Shown here piece after piece: positions 14,451 through 23,031 of a stretch of 45,524 bases of DNA. The notes beneath the pieces were generated by a model. That model ran no database searches, was not told the DNA's origin, and saw only the letters and a program-made list of their open reading frames with translations. Made by a program: the position numbers and the translations under genes. How positions within the stretch are numbered: the first letter of the stretch is position 1; the number at the start of each line of letters is the position of its first letter. Source of the stretch: a virus; the IMG/VR virus record IMGVR_UViG_3300029608_000014, one strand, 5' to 3'.

Positions 14451-14648
14451 ATGGGTTTTAAGGAAGCGAGGCTTGCCGCTGGATTGACCGTTCAACAGGT
14501 GGTCAAGGCGCTAAAGGTTTCAGACGCATCCGTTTATCTGTGGGAAACCGGGCAGATGTATCCGAAGACGGCGCGCCTGCACGAAATCGCAGATCTGTAC
14601 GGCTGCACAGTGGACGAGTTATTAAAGCCGAGAAAGGAGGAAAAATGA
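14451..14648 (+). CDS. Cro-like XRE-family HTH protein
   Basis: AGGAGG upstream. HTH in LTVQQVVKALKVSDASVYLWETGQ. Confidence 0.75.
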   Translation: MGFKEARLAAGLTVQQVVKALKVSDASVYLWETGQMYPKTARLHEIADLYGCTVDELLKPRKEEK

Positions 14649-14845
14649 CGCTGGATGATATCCGGGCAATGTCAAAGCCAACAATCCTCGCAAGCGAGGC
14701 GGCGCAGGTGCTCGGCTGTACCCCGCAATGGCTTCGCTTGATGGCGAGGGAACAGCCTGAAAAGCTGGGCTTCCCGGTCTGCTGCACAAGCAAGCACAGA
14801 GTGAAGATCCCGAGAGAGCCGTTTTTGCGGTTTCTCGGAGCATGA
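14645..14845 (+). CDS. Small HTH protein (excisionase/MerR-like)
   Basis: ATGA overlap with the upstream gene. ILASEAAQVLGCTPQWLRLMAREQ...VKIPREPFLRFLG. Confidence 0.5.
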   Translation: MTLDDIRAMSKPTILASEAAQVLGCTPQWLRLMAREQPEKLGFPVCCTSKHRVKIPREPFLRFLGA

Positions 14846-14901
14846 GGAGGAACAAATGAAAGTTAGAACTGCCGGGAACAGGAACAGAAGGAGGATGCAG
14901 C

Positions 14902-15153
14902 ATGGCGGAAGTGAAGACCTACACCCTGACGCTGGATGCGCAGGAGCTGCATGATCTGATCGAGGCGGTGCTGGTCTGCGAGTGCCAGGCAGCGCAGATC
15001 ATTAACGGACTCAAGCGAAAGGGACTGGATCTGGACGCGCAGAAGCTCGTGACACAAAACGCCCGTCTGGCGCGTCTCGTCAGGCGGATGCAGGAGACGA
15101 AGGAGGATAAGCGGAATGCGGAAACTGATTCTCAGCGGAGACGATTGGTTTGA
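14902..15153 (+). CDS. Hypothetical early protein
   Basis: GAAGGAGGA SD; 83 aa. Confidence 0.5.
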   Translation: MAEVKTYTLTLDAQELHDLIEAVLVCECQAAQIINGLKRKGLDLDAQKLVTQNARLARLVRRMQETKEDKRNAETDSQRRRLV

Positions 15154-15364
15154 GCTGAAGCACACGCTGGAGCTACTTGTGATCGCGACCCACAATGAGG
15201 CCAATGAGTTTGAGGCAATGGCCGCACACCAGCCCGCGGAAATAGCGGAGCGGGCTGCAAACCTCGCAAAACGCCGCCGGGAAAGGATGGAGAACTATAA
15301 ACGGCTTATGGCACTGGTAGAATCGGCAGAACGGCTGCCGGATACGAAGGAGGACGCAGAATGA
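15116..15364 (+). CDS. Hypothetical early protein
   Basis: AAGGAGGA SD 7 nt upstream; 82 aa. Confidence 0.5.
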   Translation: MRKLILSGDDWFELKHTLELLVIATHNEANEFEAMAAHQPAEIAERAANLAKRRRERMENYKRLMALVESAERLPDTKEDAE

Positions 15365-15606
15365 GAACCAATCTTGCAGAACGGCTCGGGTATGAGCCGG
15401 AGGAAACGACCGAGGAGCGCCGGGAGCGGCTGCGTGAAGAATTGGAGGCCCGCAAGGCGGCGCGGCGGATCGTCAAGGGCCTGTGCCTTTGGGTCAGCGG
15501 CGCAGCGATGATCTTGGCCGCAATGGCCGGGACGGCCGAAATGACGTATGAATGCGTTCTGACCGGTCTGGTCGCACTGGCAGCGCTGCTGTACGGGCTG
15601 GCATGA
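15361..15606 (+). CDS. Hypothetical early protein with a C-terminal hydrophobic region
   Basis: ATGA overlap with the upstream gene. TM-like LCLWVSGAAMILAAMAG and LTGLVALAALLYGLA. Confidence 0.5.
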   Translation: MRTNLAERLGYEPEETTEERRERLREELEARKAARRIVKGLCLWVSGAAMILAAMAGTAEMTYECVLTGLVALAALLYGLA

Positions 15607-15779
15607 CGGAAGCAGAGCTGTTGAAGACTCCCTGCGAGATTTGCAGAGAGCGCGGACTATGGCAGGACTACTGCCGACCGGACGATATCTCGGGCTGCGG
15701 ATTCAACTTCGAGATCCTGTTTGAGCAATGGGACGCGACCTGCAAGCTCATCCGTGAGCGCACGGGCAAAAAGAAATGA
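15603..15779 (+). CDS. Hypothetical small Cys-containing protein
   Basis: ATG 15603 overlaps stop 15606; 58 aa. Confidence 0.45.
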   Translation: MTEAELLKTPCEICRERGLWQDYCRPDDISGCGFNFEILFEQWDATCKLIRERTGKKK

Positions 15780-15854
15780 CCCCTGCCGCGCGGCAACGCG
15801 ACAGAGGCCGAAAGGAAAATTACGTTGCCCTTATTATAGGGCAGAAAGGAACCT

Positions 15855-16199
15855 ATGTCAAGTTTAACGGATTCCCGCGTCCGGCATGGTGCGAAAGCCT
15901 GCGTCGACGCGGTACATCGGGCCGACTACCCGAAGTTTAATAAGGTTCTGCTTTCGCAATGCGAACACCCGGAGAAATACGGCGTGCAGCTTGTTCCGGA
16001 GGCAGCTTCGGCGATCAAGGCGATGGACGCGCCGAAGAACCGCAGCGATAAGCGCCGGAAGGTGAACCGGTATTATTTCCGCCTGACGGATGATCAGGCT
16101 AAGAAGCTGGACAGGCTTCTGAAAAAGCTGGGCTATTCTACGGTTCAGAGCTTCTGTGAAGCGCTGATCCGCCAGGAGGTGAGCCGGAATGGCATATGA
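15855..16199 (+). CDS. Hypothetical protein with an RHH-like C-terminus
   Basis: AAAGGAAC upstream. YYFRLTDDQAKKLDRLLKKLGYSTVQSFCEALI. Confidence 0.5.
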   Translation: MSSLTDSRVRHGAKACVDAVHRADYPKFNKVLLSQCEHPEKYGVQLVPEAASAIKAMDAPKNRSDKRRKVNRYYFRLTDDQAKKLDRLLKKLGYSTVQSFCEALIRQEVSRNGI

Positions 16200-16335
16200 C
16201 GGCGAAAACCTGTACTTGAGCATTCCGGAGCCGGAGTACGAGCCGGACGAGCCGGAGGACGAAGACCGTTATTTGTTCCCGCCGCTGTGGCTGGTGGGAA
16301 AGATGAAACAGGAGGATCAACATGAAAGTTTATAA
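16189..16335 (+). CDS. Possible 48-aa acidic ORF (not in the ORF track)
   Basis: I translated it as MAYDGENLYLSIPEPEYEPDEPEDEDRYLFPPLWLVGKMKQEDQHESL. It fills the gap between flanking genes. Confidence 0.3.
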   Translation: MAYDGENLYLSIPEPEYEPDEPEDEDRYLFPPLWLVGKMKQEDQHESL

Positions 16336-17110
16336 AGGCACGAATAAGGATATGAAGTGCCGCGGGTTTCAATACAAACTCGGCGAAACCGCCGTTTTTG
16401 ATGGAGAGCCGCATCTTTGCGAGGCTGGCCTGCACGCGTGCGAACAACCGATTGATGTGCTGAACCACTACACACCGAATGAAAGCCGGTACTTTGAGGC
16501 AGAGGCAGAAGAGGTATCTGCCGAACGTGAATCATCGGATAGCAAGATTGTTGCGAAGAAAATGACACTGAAAGCCGAGATTGGCGTTCCTGGCCTCGTG
16601 AAAGCGCAGATCGAATATGTCAAGAGCCAAATCGGATTTGACGACGCGATCAAGCGCGCAAACGCCGAAAAAGAGAATCATGCCACAGGCAATCTGGGCG
16701 CAGCCTCCGCCACAGGCAATCGGGGCGCAGCCTCCGCCACAGGCGATCGGGGCGCAGCCTCCGCCACAGGCAATCGGGGCGCAGCCTCCGCCACAGGCAA
16801 TCGGGGCGCAGCCTCCGCCACAGGCTATCTGGGCGCAGCCTCCGCCACAGGCGATCTGGGCGCAGCCTCCGCCACAGGCGATCGGGGCGCAGCCTCCGCC
16901 ACAGGGAAAGCCGGTGTGGCGCTCGCGGCCGGCCTCGAATGCAAAGCAATGGGCGCACTCGGCTGCGCGATCTGCTGCGTCGAACGCGGCGAATGGAACG
17001 GGAAGACGCATCCGATTGTCGCGGTAAAAGCTGCAATCGTAGATGGCGAAAATATCAGAGCAGATACCTGGTACCAGCTGAAAAACGGCAAATTTGTGGA
17101 GGTGGAGTAA
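16322..17110 (+). CDS. Repeat protein: Cys-containing N-terminal domain (recalled as DUF7666-like) plus eight 9-aa ATGxxGAAS repeats
   Basis: AGGAGGA SD. KCRGFQYKLGE...CEAGLHACEQP, then ATGNLGAAS repeated 8 times with variation at repeat positions 4-5. Confidence 0.8.
   Translation: MKVYKGTNKDMKCRGFQYKLGETAVFDGEPHLCEAGLHACEQPIDVLNHYTPNESRYFEAEAEEVSAERESSDSKIVAKKMTLKAEIGVPGLVKAQIEYVKSQIGFDDAIKRANAEKENHATGNLGAASATGNRGAASATGDRGAASATGNRGAASATGNRGAASATGYLGAASATGDLGAASATGDRGAASATGKAGVALAAGLECKAMGALGCAICCVERGEWNGKTHPIVAVKAAIVDGENIRADTWYQLKNGKFVEVE
16682..16906 (+). repeat. 27-bp tandem repeat, 8 in-phase copies plus a partial copy
   Basis: The unit is gccacaggcaatcggggcgcagcctcc. All six frames are open across it, which generates spurious ORFs on both strands. 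Confidence 0.95.
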
Positions 17111-18055
17111 ATGCTCGATACAATCTCCACTGTGAAGATGAGCCGCGAAGAATGGCTGGAGGAACGCAGAAAGTCCATCGGCGGGAGTGACGCGGCGGCT
17201 GTTATCGGAATGAGCCGCTTTGCAAGCCCGTACACGGTATGGATGGATAAGACTGGGCGTCTCCCGGAAAAGGAAGACACAGAGGCTATGCGGATCGGCA
17301 GAGATCTCGAAGAGTATGTTGCGAAGCGTTTTGAGGAAGCGTCCGGGAAAAAGGTGCGGCGCTGCAACTACATCATTCGGAACCCCGCGTATCCGTGGGC
17401 GCACGCAGATATTGACAGGCGAATTTCCAGCGAAAATGCAGGGCTGGAATGCAAGACAACCTCGACGCTTGACATTCGGCAGTTCAACGGTGTGGATTTC
17501 CCGGAGAAATATTATTGCCAGTGCGTGCACTATCTGGCTGTCACTGGCCTTGACCGTTGGTATTTGGCGGTTCTCGTATTCGGGCGCGGATTCTTTACAT
17601 ACACGCTCGAGCGCGATGAGGCGGAAATCTCCGCGCTGATGGAGGCGGAGAAGCTTTTTTGGCGGTGCGTCGAGGAAGACACCCCGCCTGCACCAGACGG
17701 TTCGGAGGCGACGACGGACGCGATCAGCACGATTTATGCCGACAGCAGCGGCGAACAGCTTGATTTGTTCGGACGCGAACAGCTGCTGGCTGAGTATATG
17801 CAGATCAAACGTCAGGCGGCTGCACTGGCGGAGCGCAGCCGCGAGATCGAAAACACGATCAAGCTCGATATGGGCACGGCAGAGCGGGCCGCCTGCAACG
17901 GCTACAACGTCTCTTGGAAGCAGCAAAACCGGCAGACGTTCCAGCCCAAAGCCTTTAAAGAGGCATACCCGGATATCGATTTGGCACCGTTCTATAAAAC
18001 GGTGCAGGCCCGGCCATTCAAAATTACAGAAATGAAACAGGAGGAAGAATCATGA
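17111..18055 (+). CDS. YqaJ-family (lambda-Exo-like) recombination exonuclease
   Basis: EEWLEERRKSIGGSDAAAVIGMSRFASPYTVW and LECKTTS motifs. Directly upstream of recT. Confidence 0.85.
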   Translation: MLDTISTVKMSREEWLEERRKSIGGSDAAAVIGMSRFASPYTVWMDKTGRLPEKEDTEAMRIGRDLEEYVAKRFEEASGKKVRRCNYIIRNPAYPWAHADIDRRISSENAGLECKTTSTLDIRQFNGVDFPEKYYCQCVHYLAVTGLDRWYLAVLVFGRGFFTYTLERDEAEISALMEAEKLFWRCVEEDTPPAPDGSEATTDAISTIYADSSGEQLDLFGREQLLAEYMQIKRQAAALAERSREIENTIKLDMGTAERAACNGYNVSWKQQNRQTFQPKAFKEAYPDIDLAPFYKTVQARPFKITEMKQEEES

Positions 18056-18888
18056 ACAAAATCCAGCAGGCAACCGCGCAGACGGCTATGAAGGCACAGA
18101 GCGGCGGAAATCCGACAATGCAGCAGTATATCAAGCAGATGGAGGGCGAGATCAAGAAAGCGCTTCCCTCCGTTATGACGCCGGAGCGGTTCACGCGGAT
18201 CACGCTTTCTGCACTTTCCACGAATCCGAAGCTGGCGCAGTGTACGCCGCAATCTTTCCTCGGCGCAATGATGACCGCCGCGCAGCTTGGCTTGGAGCCG
18301 AACACGCCGCTTGGACAGGCATATTTGATCCCGTACTGGAACGGCAAGCAGAATCGCCTTGAATGCCAGTTCCAGCTTGGCTATAAGGGCATGATCGACC
18401 TTGCATACCGCTCCGGCGAGATCCAGACGATCCAGGCGCAAGTCGGACACGCGAACGATACGCTGATTGCCGAGTATGGCACAGAATGCAGCCTGAAATT
18501 TATCCCGAAGCTGAACGGAGATCGCGGCGACCCGGTGAACGTTTGGGCGATGTTCAAGACAAAGGACGGCGGCTACGGCTTCGAGATCATGACGCTGGAC
18601 GATGTTCGCGCCCATGCGCAGAAGTACAGCAAGGCATACGGCTCCGGCCCGTGGCAGACCAACTTTGAAGAGATGGCAAAGAAGACCGTTCTGAAAAAAG
18701 TTCTGAAATACGCGCCGATGAAGTCTGAATTTGTTCGGCAGATTGCGCAGGACAGCACGATCAAGACGGAGATCAGCGACGATATGTTCAGCGTTCCTAC
18801 TGTTGTCGCAGATGCGGAAATGGTAGACAATATGCCTGTTGACCAGACTACAGGTGAGGTCATGGAGGGCAACGCAAATGCTGAATAA
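18052..18888 (+). CDS. recT: RecT-family single-strand annealing protein
   Basis: PERFTRITLSALSTNPKLAQCTPQSFLGAMMTAAQLGLEP...GQAYLIPY. Confidence 0.9.
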   Translation: MNKIQQATAQTAMKAQSGGNPTMQQYIKQMEGEIKKALPSVMTPERFTRITLSALSTNPKLAQCTPQSFLGAMMTAAQLGLEPNTPLGQAYLIPYWNGKQNRLECQFQLGYKGMIDLAYRSGEIQTIQAQVGHANDTLIAEYGTECSLKFIPKLNGDRGDPVNVWAMFKTKDGGYGFEIMTLDDVRAHAQKYSKAYGSGPWQTNFEEMAKKTVLKKVLKYAPMKSEFVRQIAQDSTIKTEISDDMFSVPTVVADAEMVDNMPVDQTTGEVMEGNANAE

Positions 18889-19330
18889 AATCGTCCTGAT
18901 GGGCCGCCTGACCCGTGACCCGGAGCTTCGGCAGACGCAAAGCGGAAATTCTGTTGTATCCTTCACGCTTGCCTGCGACCGCGATTTCGCGGCGCAGGGC
19001 GCGGAGAAGGAAACGGACTTCGTGGATATCGTCGCATGGCGCGGCACGGCTGAGTTCGTCAGCAAGTATTTCTCCAAGGGCCGCATGGCCGTGGTGTCTG
19101 GCCGTTTGCAGATCCGCAACTGGGAAGATAAGGACGGAAACAAGCGCAAAACGGCAGAGATCGTCGCAGAAAGCGTTTATTTCGGCGACAGCAAGCGGGA
19201 CGGGCAGAATGCTTCTGCCGCTGCACCGGCCTCTTCGGAGTTCAAGCCGCTACCGAGCACAACGCCGGTTCCGTTCTCTGCGCCGGATATGCCGCAGATG
19301 GAGATTGGCGACGACGACCTGCCGTTCTGA
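18878..19330 (+). CDS. ssb: Single-stranded DNA-binding protein
   Basis: MLNKIVLMGRLTRDPELR OB-fold N-terminus and an acidic tail ending DDDLPF. Confidence 0.9.
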   Translation: MLNKIVLMGRLTRDPELRQTQSGNSVVSFTLACDRDFAAQGAEKETDFVDIVAWRGTAEFVSKYFSKGRMAVVSGRLQIRNWEDKDGNKRKTAEIVAESVYFGDSKRDGQNASAAAPASSEFKPLPSTTPVPFSAPDMPQMEIGDDDLPF

Positions 19331-19340
19331 GGGCTGACGG

Positions 19341-20177
19341 ATGGGAGATAAAAAGGAATACGTCAAGCTGTGGCTGAGTTACAGGAGCTATTTCGAGGCG
19401 TACAGTGCTGCTGAGGTGGGGCGCTTGGTGCTGGCCGCGATGGATTATCGCGAGTCGGGAGCAGAGCCAGAGTTCAGCGGGAGTGAACGTTTCATTTGGC
19501 CTGCGATTCGACGGGACATTGACGAATCCGTAGCGGCGCAAAAAGCCGTCTCCGCATCAAGAAGCGAGGCAGGAAAGCAGGGCGGTCGGCCTGAATCCGA
19601 AAAAGCAAATGCTTTTGACGAAAGCAACGAAAAGCAAAAAAAGCAAATGCTTTCCGATGAAAGCAAAAAAAGCTATGGACAAAGGAAAAGGACAAAGGAA
19701 AAGGACAAGGACATGGACAGTATTCTTTCCCCCCTACCCCCCGCACTGCGCGAATCCGTTGAGAAATGGGTGGCGTACAAGGGCGAACGACGGGAGGAGT
19801 ATAAGCCTGTCGGCCTGCAAAGCCTTGTTACGCAGATCACAAAGGCTGCGGAGGAATACGGCGAGGAAGCCATGATCGACGTGATAACCCGCTCTATGGC
19901 CGCAAATTACAAGGGGATCGTGTTTGACTGGCTGAAAGAGGCCAGCACACGCCCTGCGGCGCTCGGCCGCGCTGCAAAGCCCGGCTACGGTGTGCAGGGG
20001 CACCATGACCCGCTGAATCCGCTGGAAGAGGCTGCTGTCAACCGGCTGTTCGAGAAACCGCCGAAGGGCGCGGAGAAAATGCGGCACGGCATACAGGCCC
20101 ACGGGGAGGAACTGTCTGCGTTCCAACTGGCGGCGATAGACAAAATGCTGAACGAGGAGGAGGACAAAAACAAATGA
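19341..20177 (+). CDS. Putative replication organiser/initiator (N-terminus recalled as DUF6291-like)
   Basis: The N-terminus YVKLWLSYRSYFEAYSAAEVGRLVLAAMDY and a Lys/Glu-rich linker encoded by the repeat DNA. Its position after ssb fits a replication role. Confidence 0.5.
   Translation: MGDKKEYVKLWLSYRSYFEAYSAAEVGRLVLAAMDYRESGAEPEFSGSERFIWPAIRRDIDESVAAQKAVSASRSEAGKQGGRPESEKANAFDESNEKQKKQMLSDESKKSYGQRKRTKEKDKDMDSILSPLPPALRESVEKWVAYKGERREEYKPVGLQSLVTQITKAAEEYGEEAMIDVITRSMAANYKGIVFDWLKEASTRPAALGRAAKPGYGVQGHHDPLNPLEEAAVNRLFEKPPKGAEKMRHGIQAHGEELSAFQLAAIDKMLNEEEDKNK
19600..19720 (+). repeat. Iteron-like repeat cluster (candidate origin of replication)
   Basis: AAAGCAA occurs 5 times (at 19602, 19621, 19631, 19640, 19660). 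The palindrome aaaagcaaatgctttt is present. GGACAAAGGAAAA occurs twice in tandem (19677-19702), followed by further GGACA units. Confidence 0.45.
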
Positions 20178-20695
20178 GTAAACCCAAATACATGAAAGGC
20201 GATTGCATTCGATCACTGGACGATTTGGTGCTGCAAGAAAACATCTTCTGGAACGGGAGAATTTGGAATCGAAAGTGGTTCATGAACCTAAGGAATGGAG
20301 GATATATGATAGACGCGAAGGAAATCGTGCAGGCGCTGCGGTGCTGCGCAGAGGGCGAGTGCAAAGACTGCGCCATGCATGAGGATAAGCAGCGCTGCCA
20401 AGAGAATTTATTGGACAAAGCCTCTGAAGCCATCGAGCGCCTGACCGCCGAGAACGCGGCGCTGCGGGAGAAGGTGCCGCAGTGGATCAGCGTGGAGGAC
20501 AGGCTGCCAATAGACCGTCTCAGCAAATATCTCGTTGCTTTTCGGGACGCGGGCGGCTCGATTGTAGATATGGCCAGATACTTTCCAAGCGACGGATGGA
20601 CGTGCGATAACTGGGAGGTACCGCAGAACTTGATTACTCACTGGATGCCGCTGCCGGAAGCGCCGGAGGAACACAATGGAAAAGAAAATCCTTGA
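20174..20695 (+). CDS. DUF551-type phage protein
   Basis: C-terminus WISVEDRLP...THWMPLPEAPE. ATGA overlap with the upstream gene. Confidence 0.65.
   Translation: MSKPKYMKGDCIRSLDDLVLQENIFWNGRIWNRKWFMNLRNGGYMIDAKEIVQALRCCAEGECKDCAMHEDKQRCQENLLDKASEAIERLTAENAALREKVPQWISVEDRLPIDRLSKYLVAFRDAGGSIVDMARYFPSDGWTCDNWEVPQNLITHWMPLPEAPEEHNGKENP
20652..20669 (+). repeat. 18-bp direct repeat, copy 1 (tgccggaagcgccggagg)
   Basis: Identical to 21166-21183. Encodes LPEAPE and supplies the GGAGG for the next gene. Confidence 0.9.
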
Positions 20696-21203
20696 TGTTA
20701 CGTGCGGTTCCCGCACGATCTGGTTCAACAAAACACATCCGGCCGCAGTGTATTGCGATAGCAGGCGCGAATCATACACTGGAATCTGGAAAAGCACGAA
20801 GAATGATTCTGAACGGCAATGTGTGATAGCCCCTGATATACAATGTGACTTCACGGATCTTCCGTTCGCAGATGACACATTCACGCTTGTGATCTTCGAC
20901 CCTCCACATTTGGAGCGTGCAGGTGAAAACTCATGGATGCGGAAGAAATACGGTGTGCTAAGCGATAACTGGCCGCAGATGCTGCATGATGGTTTTCGTG
21001 AGTGTATGCGTGTTTTGAAACCGGATGGGGTTTTGATCTTCAAGTGGTCGGAGGTGCAGATTGAGGCTAAAAAAGTGTGGGAAGCAATCGGAGAGAAGCC
21101 ACTGTTCGGGCACAGAAGCGGAAAAAATGCAAAAACATTTTGGGGGTGTTTTATGAAATTAGGATTGCCGGAAGCGCCGGAGGGAGGAGACAAGCATGAG
21201 TAA
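20676..21203 (+). CDS. SAM-dependent DNA methyltransferase (DPPH motif; N6-A or N4-C type)
   Basis: ILDVTCGS (motif I-like) and VIFDPPH (motif IV-like). Confidence 0.7.
   Translation: MEKKILDVTCGSRTIWFNKTHPAAVYCDSRRESYTGIWKSTKNDSERQCVIAPDIQCDFTDLPFADDTFTLVIFDPPHLERAGENSWMRKKYGVLSDNWPQMLHDGFRECMRVLKPDGVLIFKWSEVQIEAKKVWEAIGEKPLFGHRSGKNAKTFWGCFMKLGLPEAPEGGDKHE
21166..21183 (+). repeat. 18-bp direct repeat, copy 2
   Basis: Identical to 20652-20669. Again encodes LPEAPE at a gene 3' end and supplies the downstream SD. Confidence 0.9.
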
Positions 21204-21828
21204 AGCTGTTTTGATTAGCATTCGCCCGGAGTGGTGTGAGAAGATCATCAACGGGCGGAAGACCATTGAGGTGCGCAAGACGCGCCCGAAGATGAACCCG
21301 CCGTTTAAGTGCTACATCTACTGCACAAAACCGGAGGAAAAGCTACTCACCATTATGAAAGACGGCGATGAGAATTATGGAGAGACGTATCACGGCAAGC
21401 CGGTTTTCATAAAGACGGAAAAAGCGCCGACCACTGGCTTATGGGATAAGCGGCAAAAGGTTATCGGAGAGTTTACCTGCAACAGAGTAACGAACCTTTT
21501 TTCAAACAGCAGGTTTTGGCTGGACGAGGATGATGTTTTACACACGTGTTTGTCTGCTGCGGAAATGCGAAAATACGCAAACGGCGCACATGGATTGTAC
21601 GGCTGGCATATCTCCGGTCTGAAAATCTACAACACGCCGAAGGAGCTGAGCGAGTTTTCCCCGGTGTGCAGGTATAAAAATGATGATAAATCGTGTCCAT
21701 CGCGCAGGGTTGCTTGCTCGTATCAAAAATATGACTGCAACCCTGACGGGAGCATCAATCTTGTTGAGTGTGGGAGGACGCTTGAACGCCCGCCGCAGAG
21801 CTGGCGGTATGTGGAGGAATTGCCGTGA
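21196..21828 (+). CDS. ASCH-domain protein
   Basis: MSKAVLISIRPEWCEKIINGRKTIEVRKTRP is a typical ASCH N-terminus. Confidence 0.7.
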   Translation: MSKAVLISIRPEWCEKIINGRKTIEVRKTRPKMNPPFKCYIYCTKPEEKLLTIMKDGDENYGETYHGKPVFIKTEKAPTTGLWDKRQKVIGEFTCNRVTNLFSNSRFWLDEDDVLHTCLSAAEMRKYANGAHGLYGWHISGLKIYNTPKELSEFSPVCRYKNDDKSCPSRRVACSYQKYDCNPDGSINLVECGRTLERPPQSWRYVEELP

Positions 21829-22112
21829 AGGTTTACATAGCCGGTAAAATCACCGGAGACCCGAATTACAAGATGAAAGTCCGCATGACGGCGAAGCACA
21901 TACAGGAGCTGTATCCTCTCGCGGTGATCTTGAATCCGGCGGAACTGCCGGAGGGTCTGACACCGAAGGACTATATGCGGCTGTGCTTCGGGATGATCGA
22001 CGCGGCGGATATCCTGTTCGCGCTGCCGGATGCGAAGGAAAGCAAGGGCGCAAAGTTGGAAATTGCGTATTGCAGATATGTTGGGAAAGGGGTTTTGAAA
22101 TGGAACGATTGA
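21825..22112 (+). CDS. Nucleoside 2-deoxyribosyltransferase-like small protein (recalled as DUF4406-like)
   Basis: GTG 21825 follows GGAGGA. MKVYIAGKITGDPNY...DILFALPDAKESKGAKLEIAY. Confidence 0.5.
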   Translation: MKVYIAGKITGDPNYKMKVRMTAKHIQELYPLAVILNPAELPEGLTPKDYMRLCFGMIDAADILFALPDAKESKGAKLEIAYCRYVGKGVLKWND

Positions 22113-22618
22113 CTGAATGGAATGGCGAACAAACCCGTCATGCCTATTACCCGCGCTGCTTTAAAGAACCGTGCTACGGCAGCGGGTGCAAAATCGAGGA
22201 TTGCCCGTTTGAAATAGCGGTATGTGAGCGACTCGCAGCCTACGAGGATACGGGGCTGACGCCAAAAGAGGTAACTGCGCTAGGAGAACTGTTCGATTAC
22301 GCGCTGAAAGAATCAAAAACGCTGACTGAGCAGCTTACATTGCTCCATCACATCCGCGAGCTTGCCGAGGCCGACAAGGACGGAAGAGTTATTGTTCTAC
22401 CTGCCAAAAAAGGAGATACACTGTATGCCGTGACTAGGTTTGGAGTTGAAAAACGAGTTGTAAAAGAAATTGCAGCGCCATTTTTCTACAATACTTACGA
22501 AAGTAGTGATAGGGCAGCGCTCTCAACCGATATTAGAAATTTTGGTAAGACCGTTTTCCTCACCCACGAAGAAGCCGAGAAGGCTTTGCGGGAAATGGAG
22601 GGCAAGAAGGATGGCTAA
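22100..22618 (+). CDS. Hypothetical early protein
   Basis: ATG 22100. The track's upstream extension overlaps the previous gene. Confidence 0.55.
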   Translation: MERLTEWNGEQTRHAYYPRCFKEPCYGSGCKIEDCPFEIAVCERLAAYEDTGLTPKEVTALGELFDYALKESKTLTEQLTLLHHIRELAEADKDGRVIVLPAKKGDTLYAVTRFGVEKRVVKEIAAPFFYNTYESSDRAALSTDIRNFGKTVFLTHEEAEKALREMEGKKDG

Positions 22619-22844
22619 GCACATAACCAAAGCGCAGTTGAGACAACTCTATCAAGCTCAGCTCTTCGATAACGACGAATATCTGAGACTTTTAAAAGAG
22701 TTTGCAGGGATAGAATCCCGGCCGACCACGGAGTACAACCACTACGACGAAAATGGCGAGTTTATTGGTAGCAGCGTGGACACCGATCTTTCTGACCTGC
22801 TGGACGAGGCTGGCGTGGAGGTGCGGGACGATGGGCCAACATAA
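22611..22844 (+). CDS. Hypothetical early protein
   Basis: ATG 22611 overlaps the upstream stop; 77 aa. Confidence 0.5.
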   Translation: MAKHITKAQLRQLYQAQLFDNDEYLRLLKEFAGIESRPTTEYNHYDENGEFIGSSVDTDLSDLLDEAGVEVRDDGPT

Positions 22845-23031
22845 GCACAACCCGACCGCTATTGCGGCGGCAAAAGGTGAGCTGCCGCCGAAGAAGCGGG
22901 AGCGGCGGATGACCAAGCGGCAGGCGGAGCGACTTTTGAAAGCAGAGATCTTGAGTAGATGCACACCGCTGCTTGCGCTGCCGTATGAAATGCAAAACAG
23001 AATCGGAAGGGAGTATATGGCTTATGACTGA
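22831..23031 (+). CDS. Hypothetical small basic protein
   Basis: ATG 22831; 66 aa. Confidence 0.45.
   Translation: MGQHKHNPTAIAAAKGELPPKKRERRMTKRQAERLLKAEILSRCTPLLALPYEMQNRIGREYMAYD

Noticed and set aside
14856-14901. Short ATG-initiated ORF in the gap before 14902
   Set aside because: It is out of frame with and overlaps the SD-supported 14902 gene, and it reads as basic low-complexity sequence.
16682-16906. Regular 27-bp repeats considered as a possible CRISPR array
   Set aside because: The units are directly tandem with no spacers, are in phase with a coding frame, and encode a nonapeptide repeat. No cas genes are present.
16532-17926. 464-aa minus-strand ORF (and the 16650-17036 and 16825-17367 ORFs) across the repeat protein and exonuclease genes
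   Set aside because: It is antisense to two well-supported plus-strand genes. It stays open only because the 27-bp tandem repeat and the high GC content suppress stop codons. There is no SD and the protein is low complexity (CGGGCA repeats).
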